Origin: an uncultured Victivallales bacterium
Lineage (GTDB): Bacteria > Verrucomicrobiota > Kiritimatiellia > UBA8416
NCBI GenBank assembly: GCA_964576795.1
Contig: CAZNWT010000004.1
Span: 35,707-99,706, forward strand
Length of the DNA: 64,000 nucleotides
Direction: 5' to 3'
Of the stretch, positions 28,497-39,002 are shown piece after piece. Positions within the stretch are counted from its first letter, which is position 1. Each line of letters opens with the position of its first letter. The position numbers and the translations under genes were made by a program. The notes below the pieces were generated by a model. That model was not told the DNA's origin. It saw only the letters and a list, made by a program, of their open reading frames with translations, and made no database searches.

Positions 28497-29771
28497 GTGA
28501 TAGACACCATGACGAGCAAGACGTTGCCATTTACCAAAGCAGAAATTGAATCCATCATCCAAACGCATCCCACGCCGTTTCATATCTATGATGAGAAGGC
28601 TATTATAGACAATGCTCGCAAATTGAAAGCTGCTTTTGCATGGAATCCAGGGTTTCACGAGTATTTTGCCGTTAAGGCAACCCCCAACCCCTACATCATG
28701 AAGCTGTTAGCTGCAGAAGGGTTTGGTGCTGATTGTAGCTCCGGGCCTGAATTATCGCTCGCAAAGCTCGTGGGTGTGGTTGGAGAGAGTATCATGTTCA
28801 CCTCCAACGACACCCCACGGCATGAATATGAGCAGGCGAAGGCGCTTGGGGCCATCCTGAATCTCGATGATATCACGCATATTGATTATGTAGATCGCTG
28901 TGTCGGATTGCCCGAGTTGATTTGTTTTCGTTACAATCCCGGTGCTCTGAAGGAAGGTAATGCCATTATCGGGCACCCTGAAGATGCAAAATACGGGTTT
29001 ACGCGAGAGCAACTTATTGAGGGATATCGCATGGCCCGTGATCGTGGTGTGAAGCGGTTTGGTCTTCACACGATGGTGGCTTCGAACGAATTAAATGGTG
29101 AGTATTTCCTGGAGACAGCGCAAATTCTATTCGATCTGATTGTAGAGATTTCGCGTGAGTTAGGGATTCGCTTTGAGTTCGCAAATATTGGTGGCGGTAT
29201 TGGAATTCCGTATCGGCCTGAAGAGACGGCCGTGGATTTAAAGCGAGTGGGTGATGGCATCAAGGAGCGTTATGAGAGTATCATCACGGCAAATGGTCTC
29301 GATCCGCTGAAGCTCTACTTGGAGTGTGGCAGAATGATTACGGGCCCCTATGGGTATCTCGTTTCGACGGTGCGACACATGAAGCATACCTATAAGGACT
29401 ATGTTGGATTGGATGCCTGTATGACGAATCTGATGCGCCCCGGCATGTATGGGGCCTATCACCACATCACGGTACTGGGCAAGGAAGATGCCCCTTGTGA
29501 CCACGTTTATGATGTGACGGGCTCACTTTGTGAGAATAATGATAAATTCGCGATTGCACGTGAACTTCCGGAAATCGCTGCGGATGATATTGTTGTGATT
29601 CATGATGCGGGGGCGCATGGGCACGCAATGGGGTTTAACTACAACGGGAAACTGCGCTCATCCGAGTTGTTGTTGCGACCGAATGGTGAGGTCGTTGAAA
29701 TCCGGCGCGCAGAAACTGAAGCTGATCTGTTTGCAACTCTTGACCTTGATGGGGTTGCCAGCTTTGCGTAG
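28497..29771 (+). CDS. PLP-dependent fold-III decarboxylase (diaminopimelate decarboxylase-like)
   Basis: 424 aa. AVKATPNP (PLP lysine), GGGIGIPY, C-terminal beta-sandwich. Confidence 0.75.
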   Translation: MIDTMTSKTLPFTKAEIESIIQTHPTPFHIYDEKAIIDNARKLKAAFAWNPGFHEYFAVKATPNPYIMKLLAAEGFGADCSSGPELSLAKLVGVVGESIMFTSNDTPRHEYEQAKALGAILNLDDITHIDYVDRCVGLPELICFRYNPGALKEGNAIIGHPEDAKYGFTREQLIEGYRMARDRGVKRFGLHTMVASNELNGEYFLETAQILFDLIVEISRELGIRFEFANIGGGIGIPYRPEETAVDLKRVGDGIKERYESIITANGLDPLKLYLECGRMITGPYGYLVSTVRHMKHTYKDYVGLDACMTNLMRPGMYGAYHHITVLGKEDAPCDHVYDVTGSLCENNDKFAIARELPEIAADDIVVIHDAGAHGHAMGFNYNGKLRSSELLLRPNGEVVEIRRAETEADLFATLDLDGVASFA

Positions 29772-29980
29772 TTTCAGGTCAGCCCCGCTCCCGGCGTCGT
29801 GCCTCCATCGGATTATTCAAGGTGGAACCGTCTTTGTAGCCTCCGGCGCCAGCCGGTGGATGACCCTTTCCTCACAGAGCGGAGAATCTACGCGCTGGCG
29901 CGCGAGACTACGGAGAGCGTGAACGTGTAGAAAACGGCCAAGTTTCACCTGCCCAGTCCCCCGCTTTCATAGCCTTTCAT

Positions 29981-30580
29981 TCAATGCAGGAAACGATTTG
30001 AATCAAGGCCCTCTCGTTGAAGCAAGATAGACTTGAGTGGGGGGCCGCCATTTGCTGAGAATCCTCCGAGTTTTCCGTTTGCACCGGTGACGCGATGACA
30101 GGGGACGATGGGAGGGATTGGGTTATTCTTCATCAACGCCCCCACGGCACGCGCTGCGCCGGGGCTTCCTACGGCGGATGCAATTTCACCATAGGTGATG
30201 GTTTTTCCGTATGGGATCTTCATTAAGGTGCCGTAGACCCGTTTGGCAAATGGAGTCCAATCTGTATCATCAATGGGAACCTTTGTACGGGGGGGGGCGT
30301 CGCCGGAGATCCTGTTGACGAAGTGTTGCTTCCAAGTGTTGAGTATGGCTTCACATTGTCGCGTTTGTTTGCAGCTCTCCTGAGGGGAGCATGCAAGTTG
30401 ATTTTGCAGTTGGATCAACGCTTCTGCTTCGGAGTCATACATGTAAGTTGAACGCCTCAGCCCGAGGTGGGTGAGTGCAAAACTCAGCCATCCCAGCTTG
30501 GTTTGAACGGCGTCGACCAGAATGGTGTGGCCGTTCATCTTGGGAATGTGAAGTGTCATTCTGCGGGTTCTTCCAGCCAA
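29981..30580 (-). CDS. ogt: methylated-DNA-protein-cysteine methyltransferase
   Basis: PCHRV active-site motif in the C-terminal domain. Confidence 0.8.
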   Translation of the reverse strand: MAGRTRRMTLHIPKMNGHTILVDAVQTKLGWLSFALTHLGLRRSTYMYDSEAEALIQLQNQLACSPQESCKQTRQCEAILNTWKQHFVNRISGDAPPRTKVPIDDTDWTPFAKRVYGTLMKIPYGKTITYGEIASAVGSPGAARAVGALMKNNPIPPIVPCHRVTGANGKLGGFSANGGPPLKSILLQREGLDSNRFLH

Positions 30581-32268
30581 AGGTGTTTGTAGGGGTGATG
30601 ATCCAGCAGGGTGGAGTGCCAGCCTCTGACTGAGGGCTGGATCAGCGATTTGCTGCGGTAGAAGTAGATGGGCATGATGGGCGATTCATCCATAAGGATT
30701 TTCTCGGCTTCCTGAAAGAGGGAAAACCGCGCTTTGGAATCTAGGGTTTCGGATGCCTTGCGGATGAGTGCGTCATAGTCCAGATTTGACCAGCCGGTGC
30801 GGTTGTTGCCGCCATCAGTTACCCACAGATCCAGAAAGCTGTTAGGGTCCATGTAGTCTCCAATCCAGCCCGCTCGCGCAATATCGTAGTTGCCGGATTG
30901 GGTTTGGGCCAGGTAGACCTTCCACTCCATGTTGACCAGTTCAATATCAATGCCAAGCCCCGTTGCCCACATTTGCTGCAGAACTTCGGCAATTTTAGCA
31001 TGAGAGTCGGCCGTGTTGTAAAGCACGGAAAGCTTTGGGAAGCCTTTGCCATTTGGAAACCCGGCTTCAGTAAGGAGTGCGCGGGCGTCATCAAGCGTGC
31101 CCCCAATTTTTGCAGTGGCCGTGTATCCGCCGGTGTTGGGCGGAGTGAAGTTGTAGGCCGGTTCTTCATCAGCGCGGGTGACAAATTTGGTGATCTGGTC
31201 GCGGTTAATAGCTAAGGAAAGCGCCCGGCGCACTTTTGGGTTATCCAGCGGTGGTCGGTTGACGTTGAAGAGGTAATAGTAGCACCCTAAGTAGGGATCC
31301 AAACGGAGCCGTTCGGGATGGCGCGTCTTGTAGTAGCTAATTCTGTCAATGGGTACCGTTCCTGTTACATGGAGTTGACCGGAGCGAAATGCATGCTCTT
31401 CAATGGTGTGGTCACCGATGGGGTAGAAGTGAATGGCGTTGAGCTTCACGGTGCGGCGATCCCAGTAGGTCGTGCTTTTGCTTACCGATATCTGTTTGTT
31501 GGGTTGCCAATCGGTAAGGACGAAGGGCCCGTTGCCTACAAAGTTTTCCGGTTTTGTCCACTGGCTTCCAATTGAGGCGATATCACCATGAGCTAGAACG
31601 GTTGGCGGATGAACGGGGAACCAGGAAAAATGGTTAAGCAACGACAGAAAATAGGGCGTTGGGGCTCTCAGGGTGAGCTGCAGCGTTTTGGGATCAAGCG
31701 CCTTGGCGCCGACCTTCGTAAAGTCGGATAGTGTTTCGCGGTTATAGGCTTCGGCATTTTCAAGGCAGAAGAGCATGTATGCATAGGGACTGCCAAGTGC
31801 CGGTGTCAGTATCCGCTTATAGGAGAAGATGAAGTCATCGGCCGTTACCGAGTCGCCGTTTGACCAGTTGGCCTCAGGGCGTATATGAAAGGTGTATACA
31901 CAGCCATCCGGTGAGATCTCCCAGTGGTTTGCGGTGCCGGCAACGGGTTCCAGTGTTTCGGGATCTTCAGAGACAAGCCCTTCCAGAAGTGCCGATATGA
32001 TGTTGTTCTCCGTGACGCCTGTTACGAGATGTGGATCCAGATCTTTGGGTTCCGAACTATTACCCAGATGGAGGACCTGTGTGCGATTGCCGAGCTGAAC
32101 GCGCGTTTCGCGTTTGCTACAACCAGAGCTGAGGAGGAGTAAAGCAGAAATTAATAAAAGGAAGGAGCCGTGAAGTATTAAATGTCGAAGAATGTCGAGA
32201 TGTTTAGGTCGGTGATGCTTGATTTCGAATTTCGAATATTGAATTTCCAATTTACTTACATTACTCAT
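30556..32268 (-). CDS. ABC peptide transporter substrate-binding lipoprotein (family 5)
   Basis: 570 aa, SBP_bac_5 fold, lipobox LLLSSGC after an unusually long N-region. Confidence 0.8.
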   Translation of the reverse strand: MSNVSKLEIQYSKFEIKHHRPKHLDILRHLILHGSFLLLISALLLLSSGCSKRETRVQLGNRTQVLHLGNSSEPKDLDPHLVTGVTENNIISALLEGLVSEDPETLEPVAGTANHWEISPDGCVYTFHIRPEANWSNGDSVTADDFIFSYKRILTPALGSPYAYMLFCLENAEAYNRETLSDFTKVGAKALDPKTLQLTLRAPTPYFLSLLNHFSWFPVHPPTVLAHGDIASIGSQWTKPENFVGNGPFVLTDWQPNKQISVSKSTTYWDRRTVKLNAIHFYPIGDHTIEEHAFRSGQLHVTGTVPIDRISYYKTRHPERLRLDPYLGCYYYLFNVNRPPLDNPKVRRALSLAINRDQITKFVTRADEEPAYNFTPPNTGGYTATAKIGGTLDDARALLTEAGFPNGKGFPKLSVLYNTADSHAKIAEVLQQMWATGLGIDIELVNMEWKVYLAQTQSGNYDIARAGWIGDYMDPNSFLDLWVTDGGNNRTGWSNLDYDALIRKASETLDSKARFSLFQEAEKILMDESPIMPIYFYRSKSLIQPSVRGWHSTLLDHHPYKHLWLEEPAE

Positions 32269-33254
32269 ATTTCATCCTTTCGGATGCAGGCGACAAGTTG
32301 CCTGCTGTTGTTTTCGATATTGAGGGGGGTAAGATAGGGCCGTTCTTGAGAGCATTGTTCTATGGCATACGGACAGCGGGGATGAAAGGGACAGCCAGAA
32401 GGCGGGGAGGCAGGGGATGGCACATCCCCTCTGAGCACGATTCGATCCTGGTGAGGTTGCCCGGCTTTGGGAATTGCCGATATTAGGGCTCGGGTGTAGG
32501 GGTGTTGCGGATGTTCCATGATATCTTGTGTGCTGCCAGATTCGACAATGCGGCCCAAGTACATGACGGCAATCCGATCTGAGATGTGTCGAACCACATT
32601 AAGGTCGTGTGAGATAAAGAGATAGGCGAGTCCATACTTTTTTCTCAGGTCCATGAGGAGGTTCATGACTTGGGCCTGAATGGAGACGTCAAGAGCGCTG
32701 ACGGCTTCATCACAGATGATGAGTTCGGGGTGTAGGGAGATGGCTCGGGCGATGCTAATACGCTGGCGTTGCCCTCCAGAAAATTCGTGGGGATATCGGT
32801 GTAGAGCATCTTGTCCGAGTCCGACATCTTCCAGAAGGCCACTGACGGCCTCTTGTCTTTCTCGCCTGCGAATGATGCCGTGCTCAATCATCCCTTCGGA
32901 TACGATGTCGAGTACCGTCATGCGGGGGTTGAGTGAGGAAAAGGGGTCTTGAAAGATGACCTGCAATTGCCGTCGAAGCGGTTGGATTTTCGAGCGCGGA
33001 CTTGAGAGCATTTCGATATCTTTGAATTGAATGTGTCCGGAGTGTGCTTTGTCGAGCAGCAGAATGGTGCGGGCCAGGGTTGTTTTGCCACAACCGGATT
33101 CTCCAACAAGTCCTAGCGTTTCGCCGGGATTCATGGTGAGGCTGACGCCATCGACAGCACGGATCTGTCCCACCGTTCTTGAAAAGACCCCCCGCCGAAT
33201 GGGAAACCAGGTCTTGAGATTCTTAATCTCAAGCAGTGGATCCTCTCCCACGGT
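32265..33254 (-). CDS. oppF: oligopeptide ABC transporter ATPase (OppF-type)
   Basis: Walker A GESGCGKTT, signature LSGGQRQR, C-terminal oligo_HPY. Start set at GTG (VGEDPLLEIKNLK). The track's 33356 start overlaps oppD. Confidence 0.85.
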   Translation of the reverse strand, partial: TVGEDPLLEIKNLKTWFPIRRGVFSRTVGQIRAVDGVSLTMNPGETLGLVGESGCGKTTLARTILLLDKAHSGHIQFKDIEMLSSPRSKIQPLRRQLQVIFQDPFSSLNPRMTVLDIVSEGMIEHGIIRRRERQEAVSGLLEDVGLGQDALHRYPHEFSGGQRQRISIARAISLHPELIICDEAVSALDVSIQAQVMNLLMDLRKKYGLAYLFISHDLNVVRHISDRIAVMYLGRIVESGSTQDIMEHPQHPYTRALISAIPKAGQPHQDRIVLRGDVPSPASPPSGCPFHPRCPYAIEQCSQERPYLTPLNIENNSRQLVACIRKDEI

Positions 33255-33304
33255 TTCTGATTCTCTATTTCTGATTTCTGATTTGCCATTTCTAAGTTTC
33301 TCTC

Positions 33305-34321
33305 TCATGGGTTTTCCTCTGCGAGAAAGCAACGGATACTGCGGTCGCCGTGACAATAGAGAGGGGGGTGATCTTGTCGGCAGCGGTCAAAGGCGTAGTG
33401 GCAACGATCTTGAAAATGGCACCCTTTTGGATAGTCACCTGGCGAGGGGACTTGGCCGGGAATGGCGGGGAGATGTTCGCCGGGCAGGACTTTTCCAGGG
33501 ATGACAGCGATGAGGGCTTTGGTGTAGGGGTGGATGGGATCCTTGAACACTTTATCCACGGTGCCGGTTTCCACGATCTCGGATGCGTACATGACGGCGA
33601 TATGGCTACACATCTCCCAGATGACGCCCATGTCATGTGTGATGAGTAGCATGGAGGTGTCCTTCTTGCGCATACCGCGAATGAGATCAAAGATTTGGGC
33701 TTGAATAGTGACGTCCAGTGCCGTTGTGGGTTCATCGGCAATGAGAAGTGCCGGATAGAGCATGAGTGCCATGGCGATCATAACGCGCTGCCGCATTCCT
33801 CCAGAGAGTTGGTGAGGATAGGCATACATGCGTTCAGACGCATCGGGTATTCCAACCTTTGTTAACCATCCCTCAGCAGTCTTCCATGCCTCGCGGCGAC
33901 TCAGATTGCCTCTTTTGTTTGGGGGCAGGTTGTTGACGGTTCTGCTTGTGGTTGGATGCATTCGAAGGGCTTCTACGAGCTGAGCTCCAATGCGCTGAAG
34001 CGGGGATAGTGCCGTCATGGGTTCTTGAAAAATCATGCTGATTGCGTTGCCGCGAATTCTTTGCATCTTTTCAATCGGAAGCTGTAGCAGGTCCTCCCCC
34101 TCGTAGAAAATTGAGCCACCGTCAATTTGCCCGGGAGGGGTCGGGAGCAGGCGCAGAATGCTCATGGCGGTGACTGACTTGCCACAGCCAGATTCACCCA
34201 CGAGTCCGAGCACATCACCCTTCTGTATCGAAAGTGAGACGTTGCTTACGGCAGGAGTGACATCCCCATCGCTGCTGCGAAATGAGACGGACACATTTTG
34301 AATTTCCAGAAGCGGTTTCAT
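33305..34321 (-). CDS. oppD: oligopeptide ABC transporter ATPase (OppD-type)
   Basis: Walker A GESGCGKSVT, LSGGMRQR. Start at MKPLLEIQNVSVSF. Confidence 0.85.
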   Translation of the reverse strand: MKPLLEIQNVSVSFRSSDGDVTPAVSNVSLSIQKGDVLGLVGESGCGKSVTAMSILRLLPTPPGQIDGGSIFYEGEDLLQLPIEKMQRIRGNAISMIFQEPMTALSPLQRIGAQLVEALRMHPTTSRTVNNLPPNKRGNLSRREAWKTAEGWLTKVGIPDASERMYAYPHQLSGGMRQRVMIAMALMLYPALLIADEPTTALDVTIQAQIFDLIRGMRKKDTSMLLITHDMGVIWEMCSHIAVMYASEIVETGTVDKVFKDPIHPYTKALIAVIPGKVLPGEHLPAIPGQVPSPGDYPKGCHFQDRCHYAFDRCRQDHPPLYCHGDRSIRCFLAEENP

Positions 34322-34322
34322 G

Positions 34323-35924
34323 CTATTCCATTTTGGTTCGGGGGCGTGGGTCGTAGGCTTCACGGACGCCCTCTCCAACAAAGACCCCAAGAAGCATTAC
34401 AATGAAAAGTGCGAGAGTGGGATAGAGAATCAACCACCAGGCTGAGCGATTTGCCTGAGCCTGATGCAGGAGCTGTCCAAGGCTGGGGGTGAGTGCCGGG
34501 AGTCCAAACCCAAGGTAATCCAAAGCGGCCAGGGAGGCAATGGCTCCCACGAGGTAGAAGGGGAGAAAGGTGATAATGGGCGTTATGGCATTGGGAAGAA
34601 TATGCCGAAAGATGATTTTTCTCGTGCTGACTCCCAGTACGTGTGCGGCGTCAACAAAAGGTTGCTTTCGCAAGCGAAGAAACTCGGCTCGCATATAGTA
34701 GGAGATGCCAATCCAATTAAAGAAGGCGTAGCAGACAAGCAGTAGCCAGAATCGGGCACCGTAGATGGATCCAAGCAGGATCATTACGTACAGGAATGGA
34801 ATGGCACTCCAAATTTCGATGACACGTTGTCCTGTAATGTCAACAATGCCACCGTAGAAGCCTTGTATGGCGCCGACGACAATGCCGATCGACATGGAGC
34901 TGATGACGAGAAGCACACTGAAGATCAGGGATACGCGGAGACCGTGCACGATACGAGAAAGCACGTCGCGCCCTGCACTGTCGATTCCCAGCCAGTGGCC
35001 ATGGACGGGGGGATGTGGCCAGGCAACGCTGTTGTCAAACAGGGCTCGGTAGGCGCGCCCTGCAATGGTGACCCTGATGGGGTCGATGGCCCCTTGTCGG
35101 CAGGTTTCCGCCCCTTCTTGTATGCGTTCTTGATCTGTTGGAGAAAGGGTGTCCCATGCTTTGGGCATGGAGTGGGGTGAGAGGGGGGCTTTGTTCAGTG
35201 TGAAGGTGTGCCGTTTTTGGGTTTCGGTTTTAGGGGATCGAAAGATCATGCGCACGGTTGTGGGTGGTTTGGAGCGTGGCGAGAATGCGGAGAGAGAGAG
35301 TTCTGCGGAGAGAGATGAATTCCCCGTGGCGGTTAATGTTTGACGCAAGGCAGCCGCCTTTTCATTGCGAAAGCGCGTCACAATGGCCTCTCGTAATTCA
35401 TCGTTGATTGGCCAGTATTTGGAAAGCGATAGACCATGCAAATCGGGTTCTTCCGCGTCTTCGAAAAATGGAGAAGCCGCCTGGGATCGCACGATGGAGA
35501 ACGTTGTGTCGAAGTTAATACTTCCTGCCAGTGGGATGGGAAGACAGGTGACGACGACTCGTCCTTGGGCTTGGAGGCTTGCCTCACTGATGGTTTCACG
35601 TGCGCCAAAGGGGATGGGAGCGAACACCATGAAGTTGTCTTCTTGCTCTTGAAAGAGGGGGGTGGCATTGAGGGCTTTGTAGTCCAGTCGTGTTGCGTCC
35701 CCCTGCGGCAGAAACTCACTTTCGGCGTAATAGCGGATAAAAGGAAAATAGGAGTGTCCCTCAAAACGGACGAAGAGGGGTTTGTCGTTGCAGATTAAGT
35801 CAGCGCAGAGCGTAAACACAAAGATAATGGCCAGCAGCCAGGCCGAGACGTAAGCACGACGATAGCGCCGAAAGCGATGCAAGCGTTTACGGGTTGCCGG
35901 GTTGAGTTGAAATAGGTTCATCAT
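34323..35924 (-). CDS. oppC: ABC peptide permease (OppC/YejE-type) with ~250 aa N-terminal periplasmic extension
   Basis: 533 aa. C-terminal BPD_transp_1 with EAA loop. Confidence 0.8.
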   Translation of the reverse strand: MMNLFQLNPATRKRLHRFRRYRRAYVSAWLLAIIFVFTLCADLICNDKPLFVRFEGHSYFPFIRYYAESEFLPQGDATRLDYKALNATPLFQEQEDNFMVFAPIPFGARETISEASLQAQGRVVVTCLPIPLAGSINFDTTFSIVRSQAASPFFEDAEEPDLHGLSLSKYWPINDELREAIVTRFRNEKAAALRQTLTATGNSSLSAELSLSAFSPRSKPPTTVRMIFRSPKTETQKRHTFTLNKAPLSPHSMPKAWDTLSPTDQERIQEGAETCRQGAIDPIRVTIAGRAYRALFDNSVAWPHPPVHGHWLGIDSAGRDVLSRIVHGLRVSLIFSVLLVISSMSIGIVVGAIQGFYGGIVDITGQRVIEIWSAIPFLYVMILLGSIYGARFWLLLVCYAFFNWIGISYYMRAEFLRLRKQPFVDAAHVLGVSTRKIIFRHILPNAITPIITFLPFYLVGAIASLAALDYLGFGLPALTPSLGQLLHQAQANRSAWWLILYPTLALFIVMLLGVFVGEGVREAYDPRPRTKME

Positions 35925-36961
35925 CGCTCAAAGGTTATGCGGGGGTCGATTAGGATATAGCAGAAGTCAGATAAAATATTACCCAGGAGACCGAGAATTG
36001 AGGTAAGCGCAAGAATACCCATAAAGACGGCATAGTCGCGCCCCACAATGGCGTCTAGGCTGAGTCGTCCCATGCCGGGGATTTCAAAAACGCGTTCAAT
36101 GATAACGGATCCGGCAAACATGACCGTCATGATGCTGCCGAATCCCGTTGCAATCGGAATGAGCGCATTGCGTAGCGCATGTCCCCATATTGCACGACGG
36201 GCACTCCCGCCTTTGGCCAGCACGGTTCGGACATAGTCCTGACCCACCTGTTCGAGAAGCGAGTTCTTCATCAGCATCGTTAGCACGGCGAAGTTGCCAA
36301 TGACATAGCATAGGACGGGCAGAGCCATATGCATGACGCGGTCGGTCAGTTTGTCGAGTGTTGAAAGTGCCGCAAACCCTTCGGATTCGAATCCCCCAAT
36401 TGGAAAGAGGTCGAGAGAGCCCTCAAGGGTTCCGCACAAGAGCATTTTGAGAACCATGCCGAAGGCAAACGCAGGGATGGCGTATCCGATAAAGACAATT
36501 CCACTTGATACGAAATCAAAAGCGGTTCCATTGCGAAGTGCCTTGCCGATGCCCAGTGGGATGCAGATGAGATAGCTGAGAATAAATCCGGTAATGCCGA
36601 ACGTGAGCGAGACAGGGAAGCGTTCTTTGATGAGTTGCCATGTGGTTTTGTTGGTGAACTTATAAGAGGGCATCTGCATACCGAGACGATCGTGGAAAAG
36701 CCATTTAATGTAGCGTTCGTGAAACGGGCGATCAAAGCCGAAACGGATTTCAAGTTGTTTGCGGTAGGAATCGGTAAGGCGGTTTGATGCGTCTGTCCCG
36801 GCAGCGGCTTCGCCGGATTGCATACCTCGCATCTGGAGAATGGCTTGATCGACAGGGCCGCCGGGTACGAGCTGGATCAAGCCGAAGCAGACGATCGTGA
36901 TGCCAAGAAAAGTCGGGATGATCAACAGCAGTCGTCGTAAAAAGTAGCTCAGGCGTTGCAT
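35921..36961 (-). CDS. oppB: ABC peptide permease (OppB/YejB-type)
   Basis: 346 aa. Overlaps the downstream permease by 4 nt. Confidence 0.85.
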   Translation of the reverse strand: MQRLSYFLRRLLLIIPTFLGITIVCFGLIQLVPGGPVDQAILQMRGMQSGEAAAGTDASNRLTDSYRKQLEIRFGFDRPFHERYIKWLFHDRLGMQMPSYKFTNKTTWQLIKERFPVSLTFGITGFILSYLICIPLGIGKALRNGTAFDFVSSGIVFIGYAIPAFAFGMVLKMLLCGTLEGSLDLFPIGGFESEGFAALSTLDKLTDRVMHMALPVLCYVIGNFAVLTMLMKNSLLEQVGQDYVRTVLAKGGSARRAIWGHALRNALIPIATGFGSIMTVMFAGSVIIERVFEIPGMGRLSLDAIVGRDYAVFMGILALTSILGLLGNILSDFCYILIDPRITFER

Positions 36962-36975
36962 AGCGAACTGTAAGG

Positions 36976-38832
36976 TTATGGGTTTTGGGGCAGAGGGTTG
37001 AATGCCTCGTCAAAGGAGACGACAGGTTTAACAGGGGGGAGCGGACTGTTGGTCTGGATAGCATCTTCAAGATCGGCTGCGGAGTCTTCATCATACCACC
37101 AGTACCAGAGTGCAGAGCTTGCATCGCCGTATTTTGAGAGGACTGTTGGTGGGGTTCCAAATTTACTCCAGTAGAGTAGTCGTGAGTAGTTCAGGTTCCA
37201 AAGTAGGGCATAGGGGCAGTATTGGGTGATAATGGCGTCTATCTTTCGGCAGTCGGCATGTCGAATGGCCACGTCAAATATGGATTTTTGTTTCTCAATG
37301 AGCGCGTCGACTTGCTCGTTTTTAAAACCAGTGATGTTGTTTCCACTAGTTCGGGTTGCTTCATCAGAATGCCACATGGATTCGGGGTTTTTGAATAGGC
37401 CTGCACCCCATGCAGCCCAGGTCATGTCGAAATTGAATTCATCCATATCCTTCGCCCATGCGGCCCAGTCTTTGCGTTCGATCTTGAGTTGAATGCCCGC
37501 ATTTTGGAGATCCTCGTTGTAGATCTGAAGGAATTTGTCGGAACTGGGATCACGGGAAAGAAAGGTAAATGTAAAGGGTGTGCCATTCTTTTCAAGGATA
37601 CCAGTCTCGGGGTTTGCAATCCATCCTGCTTCCTTCAGTAGCGCTTCCGCCCGTTTGGGGTCGTAGTCATAGCGCGGGTTTTTGCAGGGGTTTTCAGGCG
37701 TATAGAGATCCTCATAATAGGAGCGATGCAGGAAGTACTGGTTATACATTAGCGTTCGGTTCATGCGCTCGCGATCCAAGAGGTGTGCCATGGCTTTGCG
37801 GACGCGGATGTCATCGAATGGCGGTCGCCGCATGTTCATCGCGAAGCCTTGGAATCCAACGGGTTGGTAGTTTTCAATACGTTGTTTTGAAATCCAGTTA
37901 TTGATGAACTTCTCGCCCCGTGTTTCTTTGACCCACAGGCGAGAGGTGTACATCGGGTAAATGTCGATCAACCCTTTATTGAAGGCATCAAATGCATTTT
38001 CACGCTCGGCATAGAATCGAAAGATCAGGGTTTCAAAGTTGCCTTTGTTCTGATTGCGTTTTTCTGTGCGTTGCCACCACTGTTGACGTCGCGCCAGATG
38101 GAGCGCGACACCTTCTTTGACTTCGGCGATCTTGTAGGGACCTGAGACGACCGGAAACTCAAAGTTGATAGTGTTGAAGTCCGAGCCCGTAAAGATGTGT
38201 TTTGGGAGAATGTGGAATCCACCCGCAGCTCCAAGATTCTGCCAATGGACTTCATTGGCGACGAACTGAATCGTGTGGTCGTCGATGATCTTGGGAGGGG
38301 CAAACCTGCCCAGTGACACTTTGTGAGGGCCGGTTGTATTGGCCGGATCCATGATGGCATCATATGTCCAACGAACATCTTCTGTTGTGATGGGCTTGCC
38401 ATCGCTCCATTTGGCGCGAGGGTCAATGTGAAATGTAAAGGTCTTCTTATCATCGGAAATGCTCCACGACTTGGCTATTGACGGAGTGTACTCCATGGTC
38501 ATTGGGTCCATGTCGAGGAGCGTTTCGTACATGAGGGAGAAGAGCTCAGCGCAGAAGGAGTTGTTGGCAAGATAGTAGTTGAAACTTTGGGGGTATTGAC
38601 CGGCAAAGGTTGATATCGAGCCGCCGATACGGGCGTTGACACTGGCGATTGGGTCGGAGGCATCCTGCCAGAGGGATTTTGGGAAATGCTCATCGGCCTG
38701 CAGCGATGCTGTGATAAGAAAAGCTACGATTGTGGACAGTGCCAAGCGCATGAAGAGCGGTCTCCTTTTCGAGATGTTTGCGTAAATGGAAACGATACAC
38801 GGGAACGCTTTAGGCGTCAACGGAGCAGTCAT
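36976..38832 (-). CDS. ABC peptide transporter substrate-binding protein (family 5, YejA-like length)
   Basis: ~600 aa. Signal peptide probably begins at internal Met (MRLALSTIVAFLITASLQA). Confidence 0.8.
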   Translation of the reverse strand: MTAPLTPKAFPCIVSIYANISKRRPLFMRLALSTIVAFLITASLQADEHFPKSLWQDASDPIASVNARIGGSISTFAGQYPQSFNYYLANNSFCAELFSLMYETLLDMDPMTMEYTPSIAKSWSISDDKKTFTFHIDPRAKWSDGKPITTEDVRWTYDAIMDPANTTGPHKVSLGRFAPPKIIDDHTIQFVANEVHWQNLGAAGGFHILPKHIFTGSDFNTINFEFPVVSGPYKIAEVKEGVALHLARRQQWWQRTEKRNQNKGNFETLIFRFYAERENAFDAFNKGLIDIYPMYTSRLWVKETRGEKFINNWISKQRIENYQPVGFQGFAMNMRRPPFDDIRVRKAMAHLLDRERMNRTLMYNQYFLHRSYYEDLYTPENPCKNPRYDYDPKRAEALLKEAGWIANPETGILEKNGTPFTFTFLSRDPSSDKFLQIYNEDLQNAGIQLKIERKDWAAWAKDMDEFNFDMTWAAWGAGLFKNPESMWHSDEATRTSGNNITGFKNEQVDALIEKQKSIFDVAIRHADCRKIDAIITQYCPYALLWNLNYSRLLYWSKFGTPPTVLSKYGDASSALWYWWYDEDSAADLEDAIQTNSPLPPVKPVVSFDEAFNPLPQNP

Positions 38833-38924
38833 TTTGAGACTGGGGATGCAGATGTGGGTAAAGATTAGGGTAAAAGATTTGTGTGTGGCTACCGTTTAGC
38901 TTAGACCGAGCTAAAAGGCGCAGA

Positions 38925-38975
38925 TGCCTTTCTCTGCAATCTGCGGCCCCGAATCGAGTCCGGGGTTCAAGCACC
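38925..38975 (-). terminator. tandem stem-loops, intrinsic-terminator-like on the minus strand
   Basis: Minus strand reads ACCCCGgactcgattCGGGG then CGCAGATtgcagagaaaggcATCUGCG, followed by CCUUUUAGC. Lies just downstream of sORF 39003..39185 and ~90 nt upstream of the opp SBP start. Confidence 0.4.
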
Positions 38976-39002
38976 CGAGGGCGGGCCACCTCCAGTACTG
39001 TA

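Noticed and set aside
38950-38985. tRNA/tmRNA-like T-arm (GGGGTTCAAGCACCC) or RNase P P4-like AGTCCGGG
   Set aside because: No acceptor stem, D-arm or anticodon arm could be built. Other RNase P, tmRNA and SRP conserved blocks are absent. It is just one of the terminator-like hairpins.
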